This document shows, one piece after another, positions 1 to 26,435 of a stretch of DNA of 64,000 bases (position 1 is the first letter of the stretch; each line of letters starts with the position of its first letter). Under the pieces are notes generated by a model. That model searched no databases. It worked only from the letters and a program-made list of their open reading frames with translations, and was not told the DNA's origin. A program made the position numbers and the translations under genes. The stretch comes from the human T2T-CHM13v2.0 reference genome, Homo sapiens. The stretch is from the NCBI RefSeq assembly GCF_009914755.1, contig NC_060934.1. One strand, 5' to 3'.

Positions 1-359
1 AAAAGGGAAAGAAGTAATACATAACAGTTGAGCCAGACCTTAAGAATGGACTGAATTTTCTGATGTATCTGTTTGATTATACGATACATATAAGGAAGGT
101 GTGGGAGAAAAGTCTGGGAAGATAGTTTAGGCTTATGGCATGGAAAGCTAAAGTAAGAAGCTTAAAATTACATAGAAAGGCAGCATGTCATCAAAGGTTT
201 TTTGGACAGAGGATTAGAATTATCTCTGAGGAAGATTAAGCTAGAAGTGGTGGGTAGATAAAATAGATTGGAGGTAGAAGCCTGAAGTCAAAATGGTCCA
301 GGAAAAGTATTAGTTGAAGAGATGGTGAGGAAAAGGTTGAAATGAAAGATGATTGGGTC

Positions 360-672
<313 letters not shown>

Positions 673-863
673 TGATGATTGGATTACTAGAAGACTGTTT
701 GCTGTTTGGTGGTTTCTTTCTGTTTTGTTATATTGTGGAAGCAATATATGTGACTTTGAATAGCATAGCAGCTAGCTGTCCTGGGCTCCCTCACCACTGC
801 CCCCATCTGTCCCTTACTTATCTCTTCCAGGCAAGACTAAACTCACTAAAATGTTTCCTTTGT

Positions 864-1152
864 TTTTTTTTTTTGAGTTGGGGTCTTGCTCTGTCACCCA
901 GGCTAAAGTGCAATGGTGCCATCATGGCTCACTACAGCCTTGAACTCCTGGGCTCAAGGGATCCTCTCACCTCAGCCTGCCCAGTGGTTCAGACTACAGG
1001 TGCATGCCACCACACCCAGCTAATTTTTTTCATTGTTTCTTTTTTTGTTTAGCAATGGGGTCTTGCTATGTTACCCAGGCTGGCCTCAAGCAATCCTCCC
1101 ACCTCAGCCTCCTGAGTTGCTGGATTACAGGCGTGAGCCACTGTGCCCAGCT
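864..1152 (-). mobile_element. Alu (AluJ-like)
   Basis: Antisense Alu with T tract. Confidence 0.88.
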
Positions 1153-1411
1153 GCCTGAATTGTTTTTGACTCCCCATAGTACTGTGTCCTTTTAGGAGAG
1201 TTTTTTTGCCACTGATTCTCAGTTGTTTGGGTGATTGCTTTTCTGTGGGTGGGAGGAATTGTCCTAGATCTCTTTGAGGGTCTTATGAAAGTTTTTGACA
1301 GTTTCTAAACCCTGCATTAACATCTCAATATGCGTAGACTCTCCTTAGGAGAATTGTGAAACTTAACTCTTTAGAAGTTTTATAAACACTTGGAGGCTTA
1401 TGAGTAAATGA

Positions 1412-1745
<334 letters not shown>

Positions 1746-2134
1746 AAGCCAGATTCTTTAAAGTGGCTCTATCTTCTCTGTAATTTGCTCCCTTGCCACT
1801 TTGATGACTCCAGATTCTACTCCTATTCCCATTGTCTTTTAACTCCCACTTCAGGGCCTTTGTTCTTGCCGTTACCATTTCCTAGAACAATCCTTCCAGA
1901 TACCTACCTCAAATGCTGCATCATCTGTCCATCTTTGTTCAGATACCACCTTTTCTTTGAGGCCTTAAACACTGTAGTACATACAGTTTTGCACATACAT
2001 TTTAGTTGTAGGATAAATTGCTAAAAATTAAGTTACTTGAGCAAATTATCTGCATGCTTAAAACGTGAATGACTACTGCCAAATGACCCTTCTAGTACTT
2101 GCTAACGTTTGCCAGTGTGAGCATCTACCATCAC

Positions 2135-2382
2135 TTTTTTTTTTTTTTTTTTGGAGACTGAGTTTCACTCTCGTTGGCCAGACTGGAGTGCAATGGCATG
2201 ATCTCGGCTCACAGCACCCTCTGCCTCCTGCCTCCTGAGTTCAAGCGATTCTCCTGCCTCATCCTCCCGAGTAGCTGGAATTACACGCATGCACCACGAT
2301 GCCTGGCTAATTTTGTGTATTTTTAGTAGAGACGGGGTTTCTCCATGTTGGTCAGGCTGATCTCGAACTCCCGACCTCAGGT
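2135..2382 (-). mobile_element. 5'-truncated Alu joined to an opposite-strand Alu 3' fragment (2379-2443, +)
   Basis: Antisense Alu ends at acctcaggt and switches to sense ggttgcagtgag. Confidence 0.88.
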
Positions 2383-2443
2383 TGCAGTGAGCAGAGATCG
2401 CGCCACTGAATTCCAGCCTGGGCGATAGAGCGAGTCTGTCTCA

Positions 2444-2951
2444 GAATGAAATGATGTGACATGACATGACATGATGAAATGAATAATGAAATGCCGGGTG
2501 TGGTGGCACACTCCAGCCTGGGCGATAGAGCAAGTCTCTGTCTCGAAATGAAATGGAATGAAATGAAGAGAATAAATGAAATAAATGAAATGAAATAATA
2601 AAATGAATAATGAAATGCCAGGTGAAATGAAATGAAATGATGAAATGAATAATGAAATGCCGGGTGCAGTGGTGCACTCCAGCCTGGGCAATAGAGCAAG
2701 TCTCCATCTCGAAATGAAATGAGATGACATGAGATGAAATGGGATGAAATGAAATGAAATAATGAAATGAACAATGAAACACCGGGTGAAATGAAATGAA
2801 ATGAAGAAATAAATGAAATATTGAAATGAATAATAAAATTCCGGGTGTGGTGGTGCACTCCAGCTTGGGTGATAGAGTGAGACTCCATCTTGAAATGAAA
2901 TGATGAAGTAATGAAACAAAATTAAATATGAAATGAAAGGAAATACGAAAT
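2444..2951 (+). repeat. (GAAAT)n-like satellite interspersed with three 52-bp internally deleted Alu units
   Basis: Units at 2493-2544, 2659-2710, 2840-2891 separated by degenerate GAAAT arrays. Confidence 0.9.
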
Positions 2952-3276
<325 letters not shown>

Positions 3277-3353
3277 CTATCTGACAGCTGCTAGTTTTTC
3301 CCTCATGATCTTTCTATTAAAATAGCTCTGTACCTACTATGTTGAGCCCTTCC

Positions 3354-3632
3354 TTTTTTTTTGACAGGGTCTCAGACTAGAGTACAGTGGTGTGATCATG
3401 GCTCACTGCCACCTCTGCTTCCTGGGTTCAAGTGATGCTCCCATCTCAGCCTCCCAAGATGCTAGGACTACAGGCACACGCCACCATGCCTGGCTAATTT
3501 TTTTGTGTTTTTTGTAGAGACGGGGTTTCACCATGGTGCCCAGGCTAGTCTCAAACTCCTGAGCTCAAGCGATCCACCCTGCCTTGGCCTCCCAAGTATT
3601 GGGATTACAGGTGTGAACCACCGCGCCCGGCC
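3354..3632 (-). mobile_element. Alu (AluJ-like)
   Basis: Antisense Alu. Confidence 0.88.
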
Positions 3633-4970
3633 CCCTCTTTTTTTAAATTTCTGTATTTAAAGAGTACATTGGGGATTGGAAATAGTTTAGATCAGCAGGG
3701 ATTAGCCATTCCCTAAATGTAAACTTCTTCAGTGGTGCTATACTTAGAGTGCCTAAGGTCATTTCCAAATCTATGAATCTGGAAGTTGAAGTTATATTTG
3801 TATTCCCACCACACAAAATTTATGTCTGTGCCCTGTCTTCCTGGGTCTGTTTTTAACCAGAAATTAATAAGACATTGATTTGCCTTTGTTAGAGTGATTT
3901 CAGTGTTTCGAGTTATTAAGACAGGAAGTGTGAGTCCATGTTGGAATTCTGGGTCAGCAGATTATTTACCTCTTCTACAATTGCAATGGAAATTGAAATC
4001 TATTTGTCCTGTGACATAGAATTAATGAGTATTCTTTTTTGCTTTTTCTCTTCTGAGCCAAGAGCTTTCTTTTCATAATTTATGTTGGAGGTGTTCCAGA
4101 CTATGTTATGTTACTACTGCAAGAAGGTCCTTGCAACAGAAAGTTAGACTCTAATTTCTTTTGATAATATCAAATATTCAGCCTTTTCCTCTGTCTTAAG
4201 AATACATATAATATGCCTTAAATTAGATGCTATACTATAGTGGCTTCCCTTGTGTTAGAAAATGGAGTGGAGGGGGCTGAGCTGGAGCTTCCATGCCTAT
4301 CTGTTGGGCTAGAAACACCTCCCACTCAACTCCAGCCATTTGCCACTCTGCATAATTAGTGTACCTCATTTATTCAGAAGAAGCTGGAATCCCAGATTTT
4401 TATGTGAAATCTCCTGTTTTTAAAATATTTGATCTTTTTCAACATAATTTGGCCCAACAAAACTCTTGCTGGCTTGAGTGCTGCCCTTGTACTGCCAATT
4501 GAAGTTTAACATTTGTCTAACCCTAAAGACTTTCAAAGTGAAATTATTTTTAGGTTCTTAACAAGGTTTTTCTATGCCAAGGTAAAATTTTCAAGGGCAT
4601 ATGAGGTATTTACTGTCTCACTCAGAGTTCTGTTTAAGTGAGCACATGGGCATGCATGTTGGAGAAAGTGTTGTGAGCTCTTACAGATAAAGTTTGAAAT
4701 GCAACCTATTTTCAATAGAAAAAAGCCTCTTACTCTCAGATATCTCAGAAAAACTTAGATTTTACAATCCTTTTAAGACTTAAGACTCTTAGGTCTGTGG
4801 AGTCAAAATGCTACGTGATATTTGTGGTGGATGAATTACTGAAAAACAGAATTCCTCAGCGAATCAAGTGTCTGATGCATAATAAACCAACCTAACAAAA
4901 AATGCTGCCTTTCGGAGGCAAGAATATAGAACATGTGTAGTTAATTAAGCTATTTAAAACAGAAATGTTA

Positions 4971-5339
<369 letters not shown>

Positions 5340-5595
5340 CTATAAAATTGGGGTATGATGATTATCAATTTACAGGATTGTGGTGCATTTTAAATGAAAC
5401 AAGTTCCATTAAGTGCTTATTGCTGAAGGTATAATTCAGTGAATGTTCTTTCCTTTTCTTAGAGCAGAGTTTGGTATTTTATTTTCACCTAAGCCATTTT
5501 GGTTCAGTTCTTAAGGCTTTGATTATTTTTTTAAGTTGAATGGTGTTTAGTGTGCCCATGTTCATAACAGCATATTATTCACAACAGCCATACAG

Positions 5596-6840
5596 GCTGG
5601 GTGTGGTAGCTCATGTCTATAATCCCAGCACTTTGGGAAGCCAATGTGGGCAGATTGAGTCCAGGAGTGTAAGGGCAATATGGTGAGACCCTGTCTATAC
5701 AAAAAATTAGCCGGGCTTGGTGGTGGGCACCTGTAGTCCCAATTACTGGGAAGGCTGAGATGGGAGAATCACCTGAGCCCAGGAGGTCAAAGCTGCAGTG
5801 TGCCTTCATTGTGCCACTGCACTTTAGCCTGGACGACAGAGTGAGACCCTGTGTCAAACAAAAAAAAAAAAAAAAAGATAGATTCTAAGAGGCCAAGGCA
5901 GGCAAATGGGCAGATTGCTTGAGCCCAGGAATTGGAGACTAGCCTGGACAACATAGCTACTAAAAATACAAAAAATGAGCTAAGCATGGTGGTACATGCT
6001 ACTCCCGAGGCTGAGGTGGGAAGATCACTTGAGCTTGGGGAGGTCAAGGCTGCAGTGAGCCGTGATCATGCCACTGCACTCCAGCCTAGGTGACCCTGTC
6101 TCCAAAAAAGAAAAATGTGGTATATACATAGAATAGAATATTATTCTGCCTTTAAAAAGGAAATTCTGACAGATGGTAAGACATGGATGAACTCTGAGTA
6201 CATTATGCTAAATAGGCCATCTATAAAAAAAATGGTGTGATTCTACTAATGTGAGGTACTTAGAATAGTCAGATTCATGTGAGGTACTTAGAATAGTCAG
6301 ATTCATACAGAAAAAAAGTAGAATGGAAGACGGCTGGGATGGGGTGTAGTTATTGCTAAATGGGCAGAGAGTTTCAGTTTTGCAAGATGAAAAGAGTCCT
6401 CTGAAGATAGATGTTGGTACACAGAGCACCGTGGCTCACGCCTGTAGTCTCAACACTTTGGGAGGCTGAGGCAGGAGGATTGTTTGAGCCCAGGAGTTCA
6501 AGACCACTCTAGGTAATATAGGGAGACCTCATCTCTACAAAAAATTTAGCCCGGTATGGTGGTGCATGATTGTAGTCCTACCTACTTAGGAGGTTGTTGT
6601 GGGAGGATCACTTGAGCTCAGAAGGTCGAGGCTGCAGTGAGCCTTTACCAAACCACTGCACTCCAGCCTGGGCGACAGAGCAAGACCCTGTCTCAGAAGA
6701 AAAAATAAAGGAAAAGTAGATGTTGGTAATAGCACAGCCGTGTGAATGTACTTAATGCCTCTGAAATGTACACTTAAAAATGGTTAAGGTGGTAAAATTT
6801 ATGTTACATGTATTGTACCATAATTCTTAAAAGAATAAAG
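5596..6840 (+). mobile_element. Cluster of three AluJ-like elements (5596-5878, 5889-6112, 6428-6715) interleaved with an L1MB-like 3' end fragment
   Basis: Alu motifs plus L1M 3' UTR motifs (aatgtggtatatacata, gaatgtacttaatgcc, aaaatggttaa). Confidence 0.8.
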
Positions 6841-6924
6841 TTTTTTTAAAATTTTAAGACAGCTGCTGACAGTCCTCAACAATGGCATTTAGTAGTCATG
6901 TTAGTATGTAGGTAAGGCTGTTCC

Positions 6925-7100
6925 TATAGAACAGGAGCCACCAACTCCTGCTGGCCAGCTGCCTGTTTATTTGCTGTGAGAAGGCTAAGAATGTGTTTTA
7001 CGTTTTTTAGTTACGTTTTAAATGGTTATATAAGTACTTACATAACAATAGCCTTTGACCCTCAAAGCCCAAAATGTTTACTATCTGGCCCTTTTAAAAA
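6925..7100. mobile_element. MER58-like hAT DNA transposon fragment
   Basis: gctaagaatg..ttttac..tttt and aaagcccaaaatgtttactatctggccctt motifs. Confidence 0.55.
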
Positions 7101-7697
7101 AGATACATGTTAATCTGTGCTTTAAAGTCATTGTCATTTGAATGCATTAGTTCTGCCACTAATCAACCCTATATCCCACAAACAAGGCACTTAAATATTC
7201 TGGGCCTCATTTTCTCATGTATAGAAGAGGTGGTGCTTGCCTATCGCTTTGGAAGAACTACATAAGGATCCCAAAATACAGGAGGTAAAACTGAAACACA
7301 AGTCATATTTGCTTTGCTTTATAGAGATTGACCATTGGCCTTATTTGGTTACTCTGTTCAAAGCAAGTACCTTTGCTTATCAACTTCCTGTGCTTAGTTG
7401 TGTAGAGTTGTTTGAGTAAAGAAACCCTAGAGACCCTTAAACTTGCAAACACATCAACCAATTGGGAAACCCTGGAATTAACGGAAACAGTTACAATTAG
7501 AACATGGCTGGTATGTGGTAAAAGGCCACCCTTGAGTAAAGATGCTATGTGATAAGTACAAACACCAATGTTTAGTGTCTTGTTGGAGTTGATTTTTTTT
7601 CTCTCTGGCTTTTAAGAAGTAACTTCATCGATTTGAACTAAGTTTTTGATTCATTTGGCAAGAAAATAGAAAGCTTTTGGGGGAGTAAATTATTTAA

Positions 7698-9501
<1,804 letters not shown>

Positions 9502-10988
9502 TGAGAACTAATGTGAGAATCCTTCCACAAGGGCCAAGTAGATACCATGTTCTTAGAATGCACAAAGCAAAGAACCAGCTAGAAGCAGTGGTTTTGCAGC
9601 TCTTTCCAAAGCCCATGGACTGACTTCACAGTCCTGTGGATTATTGACTTATAGGTTCAGGGGAGTTAATCTGAAGTTGAATGTGTGGTTATAGGAAATA
9701 GTGTCTGCAAAAGTATTGTGTTTTCAATTACCGGCCCACCAGCATTTTTCCACTGACAAACAGCAGTGAGGGCACCTTGGCTATTGCTTGGTCTTACATT
9801 CAGAATGGGGTTTTGAGTTACTACATTTTGGCTACCTGCTTGGAAGAATCCTTATTACACTCAAAATTAGATCTAATAACTGAGCGATAGCAATGCTGTT
9901 GCAGATACCTTTAGCATTTATTCTCCTGTGCCTCATGGCTTATTTTTTCCACATTAGGAATTTGGTCTAGTTCACTTTCAGCTCTGCAGCTTTTTACTGA
10001 TTTACTAGGCAGAGACATGAGGTCGATCCTTATTAAACTGAACAGATTATTTTGAGTATACACTATTTTCCAATTAGTACAATTTTTCAACCACATTGAA
10101 TACAGTTGGAAGTTTAATTGCTGTGCCTACAGTCTGAATATGGCAAGTTCACAAAGAGATGATGTGAACTTCAAGGAGATACCTCATGTTATACTTTTAG
10201 TGGGGTTTTTTTGGGTTTCTTAAAAATGTTTTTGGTCCCCCTACATGACAGCTGTTTATAGATAATGTCTGCAGTTTCTGTTTGAGAGAGATAATTATGA
10301 CACTTAGCATTGGAAAACTAAGAAGAACGTAAGCAGGTCAGCTATCAGAAGTCTTCAGACTGGAGAGATTCCTGGAGGGGGAGTGGCCCTTTAATCCATC
10401 AGCTGAAGCCATCTGGTAGGACGCTCGTTGCAGAAATGGTTAGTTCTGAAATGTTGTAACTCAGCAACATCACTGAATGTCACAGAATTGACAGGCACGG
10501 AGCTAAAAGGGCCTCTAGCCACCCCCACAACTCCGCTCTACCTCTGTCTCCCTAACACATGACTTGGAACAAATACACTCTAGGTACAAAGATGGCTACC
10601 TGAAGTTTATGATCCCTACTCATGGAGCTGCTTGAGGACTTCACATTTTTTAAAAAGCTGCTTTGGGCACCCCCATTCCTGAGGAGTTTTGTAGCTTGGT
10701 TTCTCTTTGCCACATTACGTTTGTAAGACTAACATTTTATAACCATAAGCAGTTAGGCCTTTTTATTTTGAGAAATTTATCTGTAGCTTCCTTTTATTTA
10801 CACTTGGGGACTATTTTTAAGTAACCGATTGAAATATTTTTGTTTCTCCATTGCAAGTGAAATCCTTGTTGCTAATCTTTTGCCACATGTAAAATTGTTC
10901 ACTTGTTATCAAGCAGGTAGTTCAATATCTGTAATTCTTGAGTTCTTTTCAACTAGCATGATGCTAGGTGTCACTCACTGTTTTTTAA

Positions 10989-11353
<365 letters not shown>

Positions 11354-11695
11354 GTCACTAATCTTCAAGGTTAATATTTGGAGGACCCATCCAGAGTCCA
11401 AAGGTTGTTAATACTCTTTCCAAATAGGGTGTCACCTTGTTTACATTACAGACTTAAATCCATTGACAGTGCTAGTGGAGTTCTAAATCATATTACTAGC
11501 AGGAAACGACTGTTCTAGTTGGAACTCCGTAATAAACTGCCATAGGAACAAATTGGAAAGTAGGGGGAAAAAAATTATGAATATGAAAATGTTAAGTCAT
11601 ATGTATTACACAAGTGGTATTACTTTAAAAACGTTGTCTCCTTTTTGAGATGGAATATTGATTTATTTTTAAAATGGTCTCTCCATTTCATAGTA

Positions 11696-11998
11696 TTTTT
11701 TTTTTTTTTTTTTTTTTTTGACGGAGTCTCACTTGTCTCATCCTGTCGCCCAGGCTGGAATGCAGTGGTATGATCTCAGCTCACTGCAACCTCAGCCTCC
11801 TGGGTTCAAGTGATTATCCTGCCTCAGCCTCCAAGTAGCTGGGACTATAAGCACACATCACCACACCCAGCCAATTTTTTTGAATTTTTAATAGGGTTTC
11901 ACTATGTTGGCCAGGCTGGTTGAACTCCTATCCTCAAGCGATCCACCCACCTCGGCCTCCCGAAGTGCTGGGATTACCTCAGCCACCGTGCCCAGCCC
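11696..11998 (-). mobile_element. Alu about 90 bp upstream of the TIMM23 terminal acceptor
   Basis: Antisense Alu; catttca(t/c)agta direct repeat flanks. Confidence 0.88.
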
Positions 11999-12087
11999 AT
12001 TTCACAGTACTTTTTATTTAACCCTATCGTGCTAGGGCACTATGCAATATACAGCTATTTCATTTTCCTTTTGTCTCTGTTTCCCAG

Positions 12088-12203
12088 GTGGTCTTCGAGG
12101 GATAGCACGAGGTGGTCTGACAGGACTAACACTTACCAGCCTCTATGCACTATATAATAACTGGGAGCACATGAAAGGCTCCTTGCTCCAACAGTCACTC
12201 TGA
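12088..12203 (+). CDS. TIMM23: TIMM23 terminal coding exon (mitochondrial inner membrane translocase Tim23 C-terminus); upstream exons lie outside the window
   Basis: Polypyrimidine tract and ttcccag acceptor ending 12087; phase-1 exon translates (G)GLRGIARGGLTGLTLTSLYALYNNWEHMKGSLLQQSL*, TGA at 12201-12203, the recognised human Tim23 C-terminus. Confidence 0.95.
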
Positions 12204-12581
12204 AGATTTTGCCAACTCATGAATGGAGGACACTTCAGTAGTCATCTAGATCCTTTTATAAGACAGTTTGGAGTTATTCTCTCTCTTCTACCTACAATTA
12301 GTTTGAAAAATTGGAGATTTTGATTTGCTGTGATGAAAATCCTGGATGGCTGACCAAGACTGGCACTTGTTCCAGCCATTAGTGAGTTGAAGCCAAAGCC
12401 CTTTGGTGACTCACTGAGTACCATGGTTCTGTTCTCCTCTGGAGATCTTGCACGTATCTGTTTTCCTCCCCCATGAACTAGAAAACCACTTACTCCCAGA
12501 ATTCAGGTCGTGCTTGTTAGTACTATATCACCAAGTCCATTCATTTAATGATCCAAAACTGTAATGTTGCACTGTATTCCA

Positions 12582-12587
12582 AATAAA
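12582..12587 (+). terminator. TIMM23: TIMM23 polyadenylation signal AATAAA
   Basis: Canonical hexamer about 380 nt after the stop, followed by a GT-rich stretch near 12632. Confidence 0.7.
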
Positions 12588-12749
12588 GGGTAAAAACAGA
12601 ACCAAAGTTATAACTCCAACACACAAACATAGTGGTTGTCTCAATTTAAAAGTATCTACCTGGGTATAAAGTGAAAGGTACCCTTGGCATTTTTTGTCCC
12701 AGTGGGCAAAACAACATCTTCGTGTTTGTGTTAAAATGAGCTACTTGGT

Positions 12750-13048
<299 letters not shown>

Positions 13049-13203
13049 CTACTGGTGGCATTCACCAATAGAGCTGGTACTAAACCACCTCAAGGTATTT
13101 CAGGTCAGCCGTTAGACTAGTATGCTAGAACAATCTTTCCAACAATCCTGCTTCATTCCATACATATTAACTCACACCTTACTAGGAATAATTAAGAGCT
13201 AGG

Positions 13204-13541
<338 letters not shown>

Positions 13542-13986
13542 TAAAGGACATGAGGCCAAATTGTTTAATTTCTGAGTTTGTTTTCTCATCCACCATATGA
13601 AGTTAATCATGTATAATTGCACTACAGGTTATACACATAAATATTACTGTATTAAATACCTGGTGGCTATATGATTGGAGAAAGTAAACTAGGGCCTCTT
13701 CGGATGCATCTAGTAAGAGGAATCCAGTAGAAAGGCACTGAATCTTGGCTGAAGTCCCATAGGTTTTTTTTTAATAGATGTGAATAGTTTTTATAAAAGA
13801 CTGAAAATGGAGGTTAATATACCTATTGTTTGCTAATTTTTCATAAAATACACTGATGTTATTTTTATGTTCAAGCTGTTTCTCAGCTGGATTACTAACC
13901 AAAAGTTACCACGTTATGTGGTACCACACCACACTTTGTGACAAATAGTTTTAAAAATAACACGCAACAACTATGGCTGTTATGCT

Positions 13987-13992
13987 TTTAAT
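13987..13992 (-). terminator. NCOA4: NCOA4 distal polyadenylation signal ATTAAA (3' end about 13965)
   Basis: tttaat on + strand, 1.5 kb after the stop, followed on the - strand by GT/T-rich sequence (gttgttgcgtgttattttt). Confidence 0.6.
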
Positions 13993-15475
13993 GGAAGCAG
14001 ATACAAAATTCATCAATGCAAAAGAATGTTTTACATACTCATTAACATAGTGATTAATGTAAATTATATTTTGACTTGTAAAATACAGTGTGTTTGGCCT
14101 CAAGAAACTACAGAGCTGCAACTCAAGATAACTGGAAAGGCTCCTTACATTGTTTTTGCCCACCACCTTTATATAATACTCCTAAATGATATCTGGGGAG
14201 GGAATTAAAAAATAATACAAAGCTCTTTTCAGCTGTGGTTCAAAGAACTCTAGTGAAGCTGTATGGCAATGACATTTTGGGACCATGAAGTTTCCCCAGA
14301 AGTATTTCCGGTAAGAGGCAGTTAAGAAGCTTAATAGTTTCAAAGTCTGGAAAGCAGCAAAGATATCTTAGAGAAAACATTATAAACCCCACTTCTCTCC
14401 TACACAGACATTTTAAAGCATGGACGTAACTTTAAGGAGACTGAGAAAACATCAGTAGTTTTCACAAAGCTTCAATGAACACCCCAAGGCACAAGTGTTG
14501 AAAACGGCCTGTTCACTAAAACGTCACTTTTGGAGGTACAGGTATGCTGTGCTTGCAGTGAGAGGATGACTTTATCCCTACTTAAAAGCACCAGGTGTCA
14601 AGCTCAGCTTCCATTTACACAGGATGCACCAATTATCCCTATGATAGTGACTGTTTCAAGTACTATACTACATTTCCAACATGTCTTTTGCCTATTTGCT
14701 TAGTCGGTACTGGGGTTCTTTTAAGCCCCGTAGGTCTGTAGAATATTTTAAAAGGCTAGAATTACCTCAAAAATAGTCTTGAAATAATACTGAGTCCTTC
14801 TAAAGAGCTCACTGGATATTTTAATAACATTTACAGAAAGACAAAATTTGCAGTAGCTGAGTTTAAGTGAAGAATAATGTAGAACTAACGTGGGCTAAAA
14901 TGTTTCATAATTAATGTCAAAAATTGCCAAGATTATTAATATATATTTTGGTAATCACTATTGACCAGGTTAATTTTTTTGTGCAAAATACACTATGTAT
15001 TAATAGAACAGGAAAATAATTATTTCAGACCACTAACAAAAGAAAACCCACAGCAAGAGAAGCATCTGTAGGGCAATTAAACGTTAGGGAAGTTTACTAG
15101 CTTTAGAATACATCAATATACTTCCATAAACAAGAGTGTTTTAATGTACTTTTAGTAACGACCCAATCTAAGGAGCCTTGGAGGCTTGTGAAAAAGACGT
15201 CCACAAAGATGCTGCATTTCTAGTGTGGGGTGAATTAAAATACTTCTGTAAGAAGGAGGGAACTGAATCACCTCAGCATGAATAAACAGCATTTTTCTTT
15301 TAAACAGTAACTCATAATCTGATGACTCACTTTGCTTTACTAGTTCAAAATTAGGCAGGAGAAGAACTAAGCTAATTGGTCAGACCCAGAAACACAAAGA
15401 TTTGGCAAGCTGCAGTCACTCAGCTCATGATGTGTGATAATCAGCAGAAAGGCTGCTCAACTCTTGTCCATTCCT

Positions 15476-25554
<10,079 letters not shown>

Positions 25555-26113
25555 TCTCCTCACTGCTCCTTTAAAAGAAAAAAATATATATAAATAGCAC
25601 CATAATTACAACCAAAAACCACCTTTGAATCATCCCTCAAATGATCATTCCAGCCAACTCCCATTACTAACTACTTAGATTACTTTCCAACACCAAACCT
25701 AGCACATAAGATACTCTTAATAAATATTGTCTCCTCCCTTCCCTCTACCACTGTTCCTGCCATAAAACTCTATAATCTACTTTAGTGACACTTTACATGT
25801 GAATAGCTATTTCTGGAAAAATACACTAATTGTCCTGAATCAAAGAGCATACAGTGTCCTGAAAAGTTAAAAGAACATTAGAATATCATTTTCTATTTAT
25901 AACACACATATAGTCATATGAGGCATGTGTTCCTCTTTGTAGATTTAGAGATGAAGACTAAAAGGTACAGAAGGATCTTTGATTACTTTCAAAATAAGCT
26001 GCAAACAATCAAGTTTAGAACACTTTGTTTAGAAGACGGAATTTTTAATTTCCCCCTTTTAGGTAGAACTTTTTTTTTTATTTAGGAAGAACTTAAGAAT
26101 GACTTCACAGCTA

Positions 26114-26435
<322 letters not shown>

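Noticed and set aside
2493-2891. CRISPR-like repeat-spacer appearance
   Set aside because: Repeats are Alu fragments, spacers are simple satellite rather than unique sequence, the DNA is human and there are no cas genes.
10330-10350. gtcagctatc match to the recalled 5' part of SNORA74/U19
   Set aside because: Only 10 nt match and the flanks do not follow the snoRNA; I recall a SNORA74 copy in TIMM23 but cannot place it in this window.
25555-25568. CAGTGA in the NCOA4 5' UTR as an iron-responsive element loop
   Set aside because: With either first exon spliced on, the five bases each side (tggag or aggag versus ggaga) cannot pair, so there is no IRE stem.
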